Part shown: positions 52,769 to 63,636 of the stretch, one piece after another
Numbering within the stretch: the stretch's first letter is position 1
Layout of the letters: every line of letters begins with the position of its first letter
Origin: a virus
Taxonomy: Duplodnaviria; Caudoviricetes
Strand: one strand, 5' to 3'
IMG/VR virus record: IMGVR_UViG_3300009370_000001
Length of the DNA stretch: 64,000 nucleotides
The notes under the pieces: model-generated
Database searches by the model: none
Seen by the model: only the letters and a program-made list of their open reading frames with translations
Told to the model about the DNA's origin: nothing
Program-made: the position numbers and the translations under genes

Positions 52769-53414
52769 TTTTTACACTTCGCGCGGAACACACGTATACT
52801 TTAAAGACGACTTAGAGAATGACGAAATAGATACTGAAAGAGTTGTATCAAAAGTAGAGAGCGCAATTCCAGATCACTTATTATCCGAATTAGAAATGAT
52901 AATTATCGGATGGTTTGATGAATTTGAAGAACGTAATATTAATGCTTTTTATAAAGATGGAATTTTGCATGTTTCTAATATACAAGATGATGAAAAAGAC
53001 ATGTTTGATGATTTTGTGCACGAAATAGCCCACTCAATTGAGTCGCCCTATAGTTATGAAATCTACGGAGACCAAGAGGTGCGAGATGAATTCCTCCGAA
53101 AACGCACACTCTTACACGATAAGTTGTGGGCCCTAGATTATAAGGCGCCTCTTAAGTGGTTTTTGAATACCGAGTATAATAAAGAGTTTGATGATTTTCT
53201 GTTTAGTACTGTAGGAAAAGACAAGTTGCGTTTAATTTGTATGGGATTGTTTATCAATGCCTATGCCGCTGTCTCTTTAAGAGAGTATTTTGCGACCGGG
53301 TTTACAGATTATTATCTACACCCCAATCATAATTTTTTCAAAAAAGTAAGCCCGCAACTTTATAAAAAACTAACTTTTTTGAATGAAATAAAAAATCTTG
53401 ACACCGCCTTCTAA
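52758..53414 (+). CDS. putative zincin metallopeptidase
   Basis: HEIAH and REYFA. Confidence 0.65.
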   Translation: MKSDFYTSRGTHVYFKDDLENDEIDTERVVSKVESAIPDHLLSELEMIIIGWFDEFEERNINAFYKDGILHVSNIQDDEKDMFDDFVHEIAHSIESPYSYEIYGDQEVRDEFLRKRTLLHDKLWALDYKAPLKWFLNTEYNKEFDDFLFSTVGKDKLRLICMGLFINAYAAVSLREYFATGFTDYYLHPNHNFFKKVSPQLYKKLTFLNEIKNLDTAF

Positions 53415-53426
53415 ACAGGCTATAAT
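53398..53426 (+). promoter_or_regulatory. sigma70 promoter
   Basis: TTGACA-17-TATAAT. Confidence 0.72.
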
Positions 53427-53438
53427 ATATAAAATGGA

Positions 53439-54218
53439 GTGCCTGTGCCGCATATATCTTATTCTGAACTCAAAGACTGGGTTCATTGCGCCTTTTATCA
53501 CAAACTAACAAGAATCGATAAAATCGATGGATTCAAAGGAAACGCCTTCACAGCGTTTGGAACCGCAATTCACGATGTTTGCGAAAAGAAGTTATTAAAG
53601 GAAGACATCAACGATGATGAACATTTTCTCAAATCTTTTGAGGATAACTTAGCTAAACTACCTGCTGATGTTGAAGTTGACCCAAAGCTCGTATCGGACA
53701 TGCGAGAACAAGGAAAAAAGATCTTGCCCGAGATTCAAGAGGCTTTAGATGATTATTTTGAGGAATATGAAGTACTTGCAGTAGAATTTCCCTTAATGAT
53801 GGATATTGAGGGCGAAGAAGATTATAAATTTAAAGGTTATATCGATGCGATTGTCGTAACACCTGATGGTAAGATTCACATCTTTGATTGGAAGACTTGT
53901 TCATGGGGCTGGGATTCACGCAAGAAGAATGACAAGATGGTGACTTATCAGCTTACTTTATATAAGCACTTTTTTGCCTTGGGCGCCTGTCAAGATCCCA
54001 AGAATATTGAAACGCACTTCGCGCTTCTTAAGAGAACAGCAAAGAACAACAGAGTAGAGTTCTTTCGAGTCACAAGTGGTCCCAAAAAGACACAAAATGC
54101 GCTTAAAACACTCCATATGGCAATTTGGAATATTAAAAAGAAGCGTTATATCAAAAACAGATTATCATGCACTGCCGGTTATGGTTGTAAATTTCATAAC
54201 ACCAAGCACTGCCCATAA
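53439..54218 (+). CDS. PD-(D/E)XK (RecB/Cas4-like) nuclease
   Basis: GTAIH, KGYIDAI, FDWKT, QLTLY; four Cys as a possible Fe-S staple. Confidence 0.88.
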   Translation: MPVPHISYSELKDWVHCAFYHKLTRIDKIDGFKGNAFTAFGTAIHDVCEKKLLKEDINDDEHFLKSFEDNLAKLPADVEVDPKLVSDMREQGKKILPEIQEALDDYFEEYEVLAVEFPLMMDIEGEEDYKFKGYIDAIVVTPDGKIHIFDWKTCSWGWDSRKKNDKMVTYQLTLYKHFFALGACQDPKNIETHFALLKRTAKNNRVEFFRVTSGPKKTQNALKTLHMAIWNIKKKRYIKNRLSCTAGYGCKFHNTKHCP

Positions 54219-54226
54219 GGAACCAA

Positions 54227-55498
54227 ATGAAAAAAACAAAAATCTTAACTATATCGGATCACCCTTTAAGTCCATCCGGAGTTGGAACACAAACCAAATA
54301 TGTGATTGAGGCATTATTGAAGACAGGCCGATATCAAATTATCTCTTTGGGAGGAGCTATGAAACATGACGATTATACTCCCAAAGCTGTAAGCCCCTAT
54401 AACGATGATTGGAAAATATTTCCTGTAGATGGTTATGGGAACCAAGAAGCCATTAGGTCTATTCTGCAAAAAGAAAAACCTGATATGGTATGGTTTATGA
54501 CCGATCCTAGATTTTATGGCTGGCTTTGGGAAATTGAAAATGAAGTTAGAGCCGTGTGCCCTATGGTATATTACCATGTTTGGGATAACTTTCCAGCGCC
54601 CAAGTATAACGCTCAATTCTACGATTCAACCGACGAAATCATATGTATATCTAAGGTTACAGCGGCAATAGTAAAAGAAGTATCTCCGAATGTATCATCT
54701 TGCTATATTCCTCACGCAGTTAATTCAAACATATTTTATAAGTTTAAAACTGACGAAAAGCTCAAAGTTGTGGCAGAACTCAGAACACGCGTTTTGGGAA
54801 CCGACAATTCTCCCAAGAAATTATTCTTTTGGAACAATCGCAATGCACGCCGGAAGCAATCAGGTACTATTATTTGGTGGTTTAAAGAGTTTTTAGACGA
54901 TGTGGGGCACGATAAAGCTGTCTTGTTAATGCATACAGACGCGCGCGATCCTCACGGACAAGACTTGCCTCATTTGATTGAAACGCTAGGGCTAACCGAA
55001 GGACAAGTATTGATTTCTACTCAGAAAGTTCCCCCCGAAGATTTGGCCAATATGTATAATGCATCAGACTTTACCATAAATATTTCGGATGCTGAAGGTT
55101 TTGGACTGGCTACTTTAGAATCCCTGTCTTGCGGTACACCCATCATCGTTAATATGACCGGCGGGCTCCAAGAACAAGTGACTGATGGTGAAAACTGGTT
55201 TGGCTTTGGTATTCAGCCAGCTTCAAAAGCGATTATTGGTTCTCTGCAAGTACCTTATATTTATGAAGACCGCCTTGCTCAAAAAGATTTTCACAACGCA
55301 CTTAAAAAGGCAATATCAATGACTCCCAAGGCTTATAAGAAAGTTTCGATACAAGGTCGAGAACACGTTAGAAAAAATTATAATTTTGATAATTTTGAAA
55401 AGCAATGGGTCAGTAAGATTGATGAAATTGTAGAGAAATATGGTTCGTGGGAAAATAGACAAGGTTATAAACGCTGGCATTTATTGGAGGTGGCATAA
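54227..55498 (+). CDS. glycosyltransferase family 4 (GT-B)
   Basis: EGFGLATLESLSCGTP. Confidence 0.9.
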   Translation: MKKTKILTISDHPLSPSGVGTQTKYVIEALLKTGRYQIISLGGAMKHDDYTPKAVSPYNDDWKIFPVDGYGNQEAIRSILQKEKPDMVWFMTDPRFYGWLWEIENEVRAVCPMVYYHVWDNFPAPKYNAQFYDSTDEIICISKVTAAIVKEVSPNVSSCYIPHAVNSNIFYKFKTDEKLKVVAELRTRVLGTDNSPKKLFFWNNRNARRKQSGTIIWWFKEFLDDVGHDKAVLLMHTDARDPHGQDLPHLIETLGLTEGQVLISTQKVPPEDLANMYNASDFTINISDAEGFGLATLESLSCGTPIIVNMTGGLQEQVTDGENWFGFGIQPASKAIIGSLQVPYIYEDRLAQKDFHNALKKAISMTPKAYKKVSIQGREHVRKNYNFDNFEKQWVSKIDEIVEKYGSWENRQGYKRWHLLEVA

Positions 55499-57441
55499 TG
55501 CGTAAGAAAATTATTTTAAAGGGTCCTCTTTTGACTCGTTCTGGTTATGGTGAACAAGCACGTTTCGCTCTTCGGGCTCTCCGGAGCCGGCAGGATCTAT
55601 TTGATATCTATATCCAGCCGTTACAATGGGGCCAAACTTCTTGGCTAAGCGATTTAGATGAGGAACGTGTTTGGATCGATCAAGCTATTGAAAAAACAAT
55701 TCATCATGTTCATGCCGGCGGCAAGTTTGATATGTCCCTTCAAGTGACCATTCCAAATGAATGGGAACCAATGGCGCCAATAAATATTGGGTACACAGCC
55801 GGAATGGAAACAACAGCCGTAGATCCTGCATGGCTCATAAAAGCAGAAGAAGTGATTGATAGAATAATTGTTGTTTCAAGCCACTCTAAAAATACCTACG
55901 CTTATACCGCTTATGATGCCACAGATAACCACACCAATCAGAGCGTCACTCTCAAGCTAACAAAACCAATTGCAGCAGTCAACTATCCGACTAAGACATA
56001 TGAGGATTTGCCCGAAGTTGAATTAGAGCTTAAGCCCGATTTTAACTTTTTAGTTGTAGCTCAAATGGGCCCTAGGAAAAATTTAATGAATACAGTTAAA
56101 TGGTTTGTTGAAGAATTTCAAGATGAAGAAGTGGGTTTGGTGCTTAAGGCAAATATGATGAAAAATTGTCATATGGATAAGCTTAGAACTCATCAGGATT
56201 TAAAGGCCTTTGTTGCACAGCTTAATAAGAGTGATATGAAATGTAAGATTTATCTTCTCCATGGAGATATGACCGATAAAGAGATGCACAGCTTGTATAA
56301 TCACCCTAAGATTTCGGCTTTTGTTACATTCGCTCACGGCGAAGGCTTCGGGCTTCCCATTTTTGAAGCAGCATACTCGGGTGTTCCAGTAGTTGCTACA
56401 GGTTGGTCCGGACAATTAGATTTTCTCGTTTCGTCCGACAAGAAAGAAAATTTTTATAATGTTTCATATGATTTAGGACCCATTCCAAAAGAAGCTGTTT
56501 GGGAAAATGTGGTTCGCGAAGGAACAATGTGGGCTTATCCCCGAGAACAGTCTGCCAAAGAAAAGATGCGCGCCTGCTACGAAGATAATAAAAAGAAACG
56601 CCAAGCACGGTGGAGCAAGAATGCCAAACGCTTGCATGAAGAATTTACGCCCGAGAAACAATACGCAGCGTTTGTAGAGGGAATGTTAGGCGAAGCGCCC
56701 AAGAAGATTGATTTAGAGGACATCCCTAAGATCTCTATTATTACTTCGGTATATGACGGAGACGAATATATTCGACCATTTATGGAAGATATTACTCGAC
56801 AAACGATCTTTAAAGAAAAATGCGAATTAATTATGATTAATGCGAATTCTCCTGGAAATGAAGAAGAGACTATTCTAGAGTATCAAGAAAAATATCCCGA
56901 TAATATTATATACAAAAAGCTTGATGAGGATCCCGGGATTTATAGTACATGGAACATAGGCATTGAATTGGCCACCGGTGATTATATCACAAACGCAAAT
57001 TTGGATGATCGTAAAGCTGCTCACTCGTTAGAGCGTCACGCGACGGAACTGACCACTAATGAAGATGTAGATTTAGTGTACGCAGATATGCTTATTACAG
57101 ATCAACCTAACGAATTGTATGAGAATAATAATTCTAATGGTCGCCGATATAACTTTCCCCCCTTCTCTCTGGAAAATCTCAAGATGGTTAATATGCCCCA
57201 CGCTAGTCCAATGTGGAGAAAAGAGCTACATGACAAGTATGGGAAATTTGACGATAAGTATAAATCCGCCGGAGATTGGGAAATGTGGCTCCGAGCAGCA
57301 TCTCAAGGAAGCCGGTTTAAGAAGATAGAAAATGAAGTTTTGGGATTATACTATTTCAACCCCACAGGAATCTCCACAAACCCCGACAACTTTGGTTGGA
57401 AACAGAAGGAAGAAACAGAGGTTTACGAACGCTATAAATAA
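55498..57441 (+). CDS. fused GT4 plus GT2 glycosyltransferase
   Basis: EGFGLPIFEAAYSG; ISIITSVY...DPGIYSTWN...NLDD. Confidence 0.9.
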   Translation: MRKKIILKGPLLTRSGYGEQARFALRALRSRQDLFDIYIQPLQWGQTSWLSDLDEERVWIDQAIEKTIHHVHAGGKFDMSLQVTIPNEWEPMAPINIGYTAGMETTAVDPAWLIKAEEVIDRIIVVSSHSKNTYAYTAYDATDNHTNQSVTLKLTKPIAAVNYPTKTYEDLPEVELELKPDFNFLVVAQMGPRKNLMNTVKWFVEEFQDEEVGLVLKANMMKNCHMDKLRTHQDLKAFVAQLNKSDMKCKIYLLHGDMTDKEMHSLYNHPKISAFVTFAHGEGFGLPIFEAAYSGVPVVATGWSGQLDFLVSSDKKENFYNVSYDLGPIPKEAVWENVVREGTMWAYPREQSAKEKMRACYEDNKKKRQARWSKNAKRLHEEFTPEKQYAAFVEGMLGEAPKKIDLEDIPKISIITSVYDGDEYIRPFMEDITRQTIFKEKCELIMINANSPGNEEETILEYQEKYPDNIIYKKLDEDPGIYSTWNIGIELATGDYITNANLDDRKAAHSLERHATELTTNEDVDLVYADMLITDQPNELYENNNSNGRRYNFPPFSLENLKMVNMPHASPMWRKELHDKYGKFDDKYKSAGDWEMWLRAASQGSRFKKIENEVLGLYYFNPTGISTNPDNFGWKQKEETEVYERYK

Positions 57442-57444
57442 GAT

Positions 57445-58110
57445 ATGAATTCAAAAAAATTAATAACTTTTTCTTTATGGGGGCAAGATCCCAAATATTT
57501 AGTAGGAGCCATTAGAAATGCTGAGTTGGCTCAAGAGATATATCCCGATTGGATATGTCGATTTTATTTAGGAGCTAGCGTGCCGCTTCCTATTAAATTG
57601 CAATTAAAAAAATTAGAGAATGTAGAAATCGTAACAATGGATCAATGGGGCGATTGGCGTGGTATGTTTTGGCGTTTTCTCCCTGCCTCTGAGTCAGGAG
57701 TAGAGGCTATGATTTCTCGTGACACAGATTCGAGATTAAACTTCCGTGAAAAAGCGGCCGTTGATGAATGGCTGGAAAGCGATAAGGGATTTCATATTAT
57801 GAGAGACCACCCATTTCACAAGTTTCCAGTGCTGGGAGGAATGTGGGGAGTAAAGGCAGGAATTCTTCCCAATATGGCTCACATGATTAATCAATTTGCA
57901 CAAGAAGATAAATATGGCACTGATTATGAGTTTTTTGCTCAAGTTGTTGTCCCTCATATTCAAAACAATGCGCTTGTTCATGATGAATTTTTTGGTGGAA
58001 AGCCTTTTCCCACCCCAAGAGAAAATTATCAATTTGTCGGTCAAGTCTTCGACGAGAATGAAATAACTGTTGAAGAACACATAGCCGCGCTTCGAGCGCA
58101 CTCGAAATGA
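57445..58110 (+). CDS. glycosyltransferase-like protein
   Basis: ITFSLWG, MFWRFLP, SRDTDSR DxD. Confidence 0.65.
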   Translation: MNSKKLITFSLWGQDPKYLVGAIRNAELAQEIYPDWICRFYLGASVPLPIKLQLKKLENVEIVTMDQWGDWRGMFWRFLPASESGVEAMISRDTDSRLNFREKAAVDEWLESDKGFHIMRDHPFHKFPVLGGMWGVKAGILPNMAHMINQFAQEDKYGTDYEFFAQVVVPHIQNNALVHDEFFGGKPFPTPRENYQFVGQVFDENEITVEEHIAALRAHSK

Positions 58111-59174
58111 AGTTTTTTAATTTAGACTTGCACATATCAGTTATCGCCGATATAAAGCGCATTTTCACAGATTTGGGACATTCAGTAGACAATTGGAGTA
58201 TCTCGGGCCACGCTCATTTGATGGGATCTCCCACAGATCAAGTAGATATAGTCAACCAGCATACTTGGCGCCACCTTGATTCTGAAATGATAGAAGAATT
58301 TTATAAGCGCTATGAGTCAGACTTAAAACATTATGATGGATTTATTGTTACGCATACTCCGTGTTTCGCGATGCTGTATGAAAAATTTAATAAACCGATC
58401 ATCACAGTCGCAAGTACACGATACGAAGATCCCTTTTCGAATGATATGATTAAGTGGACAAAGTTTAATCGTTATCTGCAAGGGCAAATAGATAAGAATC
58501 TAGTCATTCCGGTTGCCAATAATAAATACGACAAAAAATATACGCAATTATTTACACAACGAGAGTGGCAGCATATTCCAAGCCTATGTGAATACACAGA
58601 AGCTCAATATACAGGCACCACTAATCAATTTTTATATTCCTCTAAATTTAAACCGCAAATTCAAATCGAAAATTTAATAGAAAAAGAAAGAGCATTTCCC
58701 CAAGGATACACTTGGCAGCAATTAGCTGATTATAAAGGCATTGTTCATATACCTTATAATATCTCTACTATGTCAATATTTGAGCAATATATGGCAAATA
58801 TTCCTTTATTTTTTCCGTCCTGGGAATTATTGTATAAATTACGCGAAAAACATGGTAACCATGGAGTTCTGTCTGAGACATCCTGGAACCAAATACATCG
58901 ATTAAGCTCTAATTCGATTCTTTTTCCGGGAATGAAAGATCCTAATAATTTTAACAACACCGCCGATATGATGGAATGGGCCAGACTCTCAGATTTTTAT
59001 GATGAAGATAATATGCCCTATATTCAATATTTTAATTCATTCGAACATTTAGGTGAATTATTAAAAACAGTTGATTTAAAAATCATATCCGAAAATATGA
59101 AAGAACACAACAAAAAAAGAAAAGAAAAAGTATATGAATCTTGGAAGGAGATTTTATCAAGGATAGAACAATGA
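58107..59174 (+). CDS. GT-B-like hypothetical protein
   Basis: cluster context; HIPYNISTMSIFE. Confidence 0.5.
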   Translation: MKFFNLDLHISVIADIKRIFTDLGHSVDNWSISGHAHLMGSPTDQVDIVNQHTWRHLDSEMIEEFYKRYESDLKHYDGFIVTHTPCFAMLYEKFNKPIITVASTRYEDPFSNDMIKWTKFNRYLQGQIDKNLVIPVANNKYDKKYTQLFTQREWQHIPSLCEYTEAQYTGTTNQFLYSSKFKPQIQIENLIEKERAFPQGYTWQQLADYKGIVHIPYNISTMSIFEQYMANIPLFFPSWELLYKLREKHGNHGVLSETSWNQIHRLSSNSILFPGMKDPNNFNNTADMMEWARLSDFYDEDNMPYIQYFNSFEHLGELLKTVDLKIISENMKEHNKKRKEKVYESWKEILSRIEQ

Positions 59175-60049
59175 AATACATCTGTTATAATTGGATGCCC
59201 CTAATGGCCACACAAGGTTTAGATCTGCCACCGCAGTTTTATACAAATGCCGGTACCTCTCGACTGCACGACTTGCCTCCCCTCAATCCTGCGAGTTTAC
59301 AAACAAATGAAACAATTTTTGTTAAAACAGATTATGTTGTAAATGGATATTTCCAAAATCATTATTTACGGCAAATCAATACAAAATTTAATCTTATTAC
59401 CGGCGTATCTGCTTATCATCTGGGGAGGGATGGAGGAAATGTTTATCAAGCAATTTTGGATCATCCCCACTTAAATAAGTGGATTTGTTCGAATCCTCCA
59501 GATATTGATGATGACCGAATCATTCCGATGCCTATTGGTTTTCAAGAACCAGATCGACAGGGAGGATATCAAGAATTTCTAGAACAAATTCAAGAATGTC
59601 GAACTCCTTTCGAGAAGAAAGAAGACGGTGTTTTTTTGCCTTATCATGATTTGAGCACAAACCCTCAAAGGGCTCAATTATTTCAAAAGCTCAGCCAGTT
59701 GCCCTTTGTACATGTACAAACAGAAAAACAAGATTTAATAGAATATTATGCGAGCTTAGATAAGTATAAATTTGTAATTGGTCTTGAGGGCCGCGGCCCC
59801 GATATTCATAGGAATTATGAGACCCTGCTCGTTGGCTCCATACCAATCGGTGTTAAAAATGTGATAAAACGCGTATTTGATTATCATCAGGTTGAGAGCG
59901 TCTTTTTAAATAATTGGGATGAATTAAATAATAATTTATTTGACACGTTGCTGCAAGCCGGTTATAATACTACTATAAATGATGATTTTTTAATAATAGA
60001 CAAGCACGTTTCTCATCTTAAAAAAATGCTTACTAAAGGAACACAATAA
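59171..60049 (+). CDS. exostosin/GT47-like protein
   Basis: YKFVIGLEGRGPDIHRNYETLLVGSIP. Confidence 0.7.
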   Translation: MKYICYNWMPLMATQGLDLPPQFYTNAGTSRLHDLPPLNPASLQTNETIFVKTDYVVNGYFQNHYLRQINTKFNLITGVSAYHLGRDGGNVYQAILDHPHLNKWICSNPPDIDDDRIIPMPIGFQEPDRQGGYQEFLEQIQECRTPFEKKEDGVFLPYHDLSTNPQRAQLFQKLSQLPFVHVQTEKQDLIEYYASLDKYKFVIGLEGRGPDIHRNYETLLVGSIPIGVKNVIKRVFDYHQVESVFLNNWDELNNNLFDTLLQAGYNTTINDDFLIIDKHVSHLKKMLTKGTQ

Positions 60050-60705
60050 TGCCCGGCCAAATAAATCGAGGTACATTTTTTGGAGATCAAGTTTATAACT
60101 TATCACTTAATAAAAATTTTAAAAATTATGTGGAAGTAGGCACTTGGAACGGTGAAGGGAGCACCAAGTGTTTTATGGATGCACTTCTACAGCGCCACGA
60201 CGAGTCCGTTCTGTATTCACTAGAAGCGAATATTGAGTTTTATACTCAGGCGCGGAGCTATTGGGATCCTTTCATGCTTTTAGTGCGCTCCCCCACGCCT
60301 AAATTACATTTATTATACGGGCGTATTATTGAAGCAGAAGAATTGGTATCCGCAGAAGAAGTACAAAATCACTCTCGATTCCACCAGCATCCCTGGCTGG
60401 AATGGCGTACTCGAAATATTAAAGAGTATGGCGAGTGTGAAAATGTTATAGGGCAGCTGCCATCTGAAATTGATGTATTACTATTGGATGGTGGACAGTT
60501 CTCAACACGGTCGGAATTCAATAAATTAAAAGATCGAACAAAGATTGTATTATTAGACGACACACTGTCTTTTAAGACAGAAAAAGCCCGTGAAGATATT
60601 TTGGCAGACCCTGATTCGTGGACCGTAATCTTTGATAATGTCGCGGATCGCCATGGCGTTTTTATGGCATGCCGCAGCGAATTTGCCCACCTCTTGCGAG
60701 ATTAA
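60049..60705 (+). CDS. class I SAM methyltransferase-like protein
   Basis: VEVGTWNGEGST; LLDGG. Confidence 0.65.
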   Translation: MPGQINRGTFFGDQVYNLSLNKNFKNYVEVGTWNGEGSTKCFMDALLQRHDESVLYSLEANIEFYTQARSYWDPFMLLVRSPTPKLHLLYGRIIEAEELVSAEEVQNHSRFHQHPWLEWRTRNIKEYGECENVIGQLPSEIDVLLLDGGQFSTRSEFNKLKDRTKIVLLDDTLSFKTEKAREDILADPDSWTVIFDNVADRHGVFMACRSEFAHLLRD

Positions 60706-60706
60706 A

Positions 60707-61420
60707 ATGAAAACAGCAATTTGTTTCACGGGCACCTGTAGGAGCTTGGAGCACACACACGAGAACATCAAAAATCTTCTGGTGAACACAACAGGGGCAG
60801 ATGTATTTTTATTGATAGCCGACAATCCGCATGCGCACAAAGTACATGAGTATTTTAATTTGCCTCAAACCAAAAAACTTATAATAGAAGAAGAGCCTAG
60901 CTATGACTTGACAGGATTACAGTTTCGACCCGGCTGGCCTCCCCCTACAACAACCACACAAATATACTATAAAATGATCAAATCGCGCCAACGATGTGAT
61001 GAAGTTTTGAAAGCCTATGAAGAAGAAGAGGGAGAGGAATATGAACGAGTCATATTTTCGAGATTAGACGTTAAATATTTTAATGACGTAGCACCACTTA
61101 TAGACAAAACCGATCTAAACAATTTATATGTACCGGATTTTCATAACACTTTCGGAGGCGCTATTGATGGGTATAATGATCGATTTGCAGTAAGCAATAG
61201 AAAAAATATGCACATCTATTTTGATGCTGTAGAAAGTGCTCACCCCTTTGTAGATAGCGGAGGCCGAATCACGGCCGAGACGCTTTTAAAATGGCACTTA
61301 ACAAACTCCCAGGTGAACGTTATGCACGTACCAGTGCGTTTCACCCGCGTCCGACCAGACGGTAGTGAAATTGACGAACGCCTTAAGAATTTCCAACCCG
61401 GTGTACATCGAGACTCATGA
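60707..61420 (+). CDS. putative glycosyltransferase-like protein
   Basis: AICFTGTCR, SRLD, NDRFA; start corrected from the track. Confidence 0.55.
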   Translation: MKTAICFTGTCRSLEHTHENIKNLLVNTTGADVFLLIADNPHAHKVHEYFNLPQTKKLIIEEEPSYDLTGLQFRPGWPPPTTTTQIYYKMIKSRQRCDEVLKAYEEEEGEEYERVIFSRLDVKYFNDVAPLIDKTDLNNLYVPDFHNTFGGAIDGYNDRFAVSNRKNMHIYFDAVESAHPFVDSGGRITAETLLKWHLTNSQVNVMHVPVRFTRVRPDGSEIDERLKNFQPGVHRDS

Positions 61421-62262
61421 ATAAATATTTAGTACTTGGTTCCTCGGGGCAGATTGGTGCCCCCCTAGTTGAGTTTTTGCGCGCTCGTGATCACGAGGTA
61501 TATACTTTAGATATTGTTGAAGATAAAGCAGAGGATCTGCGCTTAGCGCATAACGAGCTTCTTCTCAAATACGCTGCGCAGGCAGACTTTGTATTTTTCT
61601 TGGCTTTTGATGTAGGAGGCGCAAAGTATTTAAGCAAGTATCAAGATACCTTTAATTTTATACAAAACAATATTCAAATTATGTCAAACACGTTTGAGAC
61701 CTTGCGGCATCTTAAAAAACCCTTTATTTTTGCATCAAGTCAAATGTCGGATATGAATCATTCCACATATGGATTATGTAAAGCCATCGGTGAACGCTAT
61801 ACTAATGCGCTGGGGGGACTTAACATTAAATTGTGGAATGTTTATGGGTATGAAAAAGATTTAGAAAAGTCACATGTTATAACTGACTTTGTTTTAAAAG
61901 CTCTGCAAACCGGAACAATAGATATGCTAACAGATGGTCGTGAAGAACGCCAATTGTTGCATGTAGAAGACTGTTGTCGTGCGCTCTATACACTGAGCAC
62001 GCAATTTGAAAAAATTGATAAAAGCATAGATTACCATCTAACGAGTTTTGTATGGGACTCTATAATGGATGTGGCTGTCCAAGTAGCTTCAAATTATGAA
62101 GATATAGTTATAGAACCCGCAACGAGCACTGACTTAACTCATGGTAATTGGCGCAAAGAACCACCGGAGCATATTTTGCAATATTGGTCGCCATCTATCA
62201 CCCTGCAAGAGGGGATCAAGAGGGTTATTAAGGAAATTGAAAGTGGACTATCAACTAAATAA
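61417..62262 (+). CDS. NAD-dependent epimerase/dehydratase
   Basis: GSSGQIG, YGLCK, NVYG. Confidence 0.9.
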   Translation: MNKYLVLGSSGQIGAPLVEFLRARDHEVYTLDIVEDKAEDLRLAHNELLLKYAAQADFVFFLAFDVGGAKYLSKYQDTFNFIQNNIQIMSNTFETLRHLKKPFIFASSQMSDMNHSTYGLCKAIGERYTNALGGLNIKLWNVYGYEKDLEKSHVITDFVLKALQTGTIDMLTDGREERQLLHVEDCCRALYTLSTQFEKIDKSIDYHLTSFVWDSIMDVAVQVASNYEDIVIEPATSTDLTHGNWRKEPPEHILQYWSPSITLQEGIKRVIKEIESGLSTK

Positions 62263-62989
62263 AGATTTATTAAGCATCTTAAAAGGTAAGAGAGTTGCCA
62301 TAGTAGGACCCTCTCCACATTTAATGGGACATAATATCGGCGAATTGATTGATTCTTATGATATTGTATGCCGCGTTAATGAGGTGCACCCCACTGGATA
62401 TGAAAGTGATTACGGGGATAGAACCGATATTGTATTTCACAATTGCGGTGGCGCCTTTATAGATTTCTTTGGCCGACAACTAGTGGCTAAGTCTATTATA
62501 TCGAAATATCTCAAATTTGTGATATGCCCTTGCGTAAAAAATAATGGGAGTGATAATAATTGGTCTACATGGCCTGATGACTATGAGAGTGGGGTTGTTG
62601 CTAATTTTAGAAAAATTAATATATTTAATATCCCCTTTCACTGGATAGGGATGAAAAACTATAGACAAGTATATAATCTATACAGTGTAGAGCCAAACAC
62701 CGGCCAAGTAGCAATTTTAATGTTACTGAAGCATCAGGTTGAAGAATTGTTTATCACGGGATTCTCTTTTTACCAACAAGGAGATATGCCTAGTGACGCG
62801 CACCGTCCTGGTCACACCCAACTCGGGCGCGAGAATATTGCAGTTGGCAATTCAAGTCATTCTCAAAACCCTCAAATGCAGACATTCTCACAGAATATAT
62901 TAAAGGACTATGGAGAACGTATCGTACTGGACTCTGTTCTGAATGATTTATTACAGTGTGAACATTCTAACGTAGTAGAGTTGGCTTAA
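62243..62989 (+). CDS. GT29 sialyltransferase-like protein
   Basis: KRVAIVGPS...GELIDSYDIVCRVN (sialylmotif L-like); PNTG; GFSFY. Confidence 0.7.
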   Translation: MDYQLNKDLLSILKGKRVAIVGPSPHLMGHNIGELIDSYDIVCRVNEVHPTGYESDYGDRTDIVFHNCGGAFIDFFGRQLVAKSIISKYLKFVICPCVKNNGSDNNWSTWPDDYESGVVANFRKINIFNIPFHWIGMKNYRQVYNLYSVEPNTGQVAILMLLKHQVEELFITGFSFYQQGDMPSDAHRPGHTQLGRENIAVGNSSHSQNPQMQTFSQNILKDYGERIVLDSVLNDLLQCEHSNVVELA

Positions 62990-63636
62990 TGAAGATAGTT
63001 TCTTTAATTTTAGCCCGCGGCGGCAGCAAGGGAATACCAAGAAAAAACTTAATCCCACTGAATGGAAAGCCTCTCTTATATTACAGTATTACAAATTCAC
63101 TAAAAGCAGAGGTAAATGAAACCTGGGTCAGTACAGAAGATAGTGAAATGAAAAAGACATCTTTAAGGTATGGAGCAAAAGTGCTTGATCGACCACTTGA
63201 GATATCTACGGATACCTCAAAATGTGAGGAAGCTTTGTTACATTTTGCCGCTAATGTTGATTTTGATATTTTGGTTTTTATACAAAATACATCTCCGTTG
63301 GTTAGCCCCGAAGAAATAAACAATGGCATTAGGAAAGTTAAATCTGGCGAGTTTGATTCGGTATTCAGTGCTTACTTAGAGCACTGGGTGCCACGATGGT
63401 CCACGGATATCACCCCAATTGGGTGGAATACTAGCGCACGCCCGAGAAGACAGCAAAAGCCAGAAGTATACGTAGAGAATGGAGCCTTTTATATAACCAC
63501 CCGGCAAAATCTTTTAGAGTCTGGGGTTCGATATAGCGGTAAGATAGGGATTGTTGAAATGCCGTTTTCCAGGAGTTTTCAGATAGACACAATAGACGAG
63601 GCAAGATTAATAGAAAAACTGATGAGGGCAGTATGA
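62989..63636 (+). CDS. neuA: acylneuraminate cytidylyltransferase
   Basis: ILARGGSKGIPRKN; ENGAFY; IDT. Confidence 0.9.
   Translation: MKIVSLILARGGSKGIPRKNLIPLNGKPLLYYSITNSLKAEVNETWVSTEDSEMKKTSLRYGAKVLDRPLEISTDTSKCEEALLHFAANVDFDILVFIQNTSPLVSPEEINNGIRKVKSGEFDSVFSAYLEHWVPRWSTDITPIGWNTSARPRRQQKPEVYVENGAFYITTRQNLLESGVRYSGKIGIVEMPFSRSFQIDTIDEARLIEKLMRAV

Noticed and set aside
53439-54218. Cas4-like nuclease as part of a CRISPR system
   Set aside because: No array or other cas genes; solo PD-(D/E)XK nucleases are common in phages.
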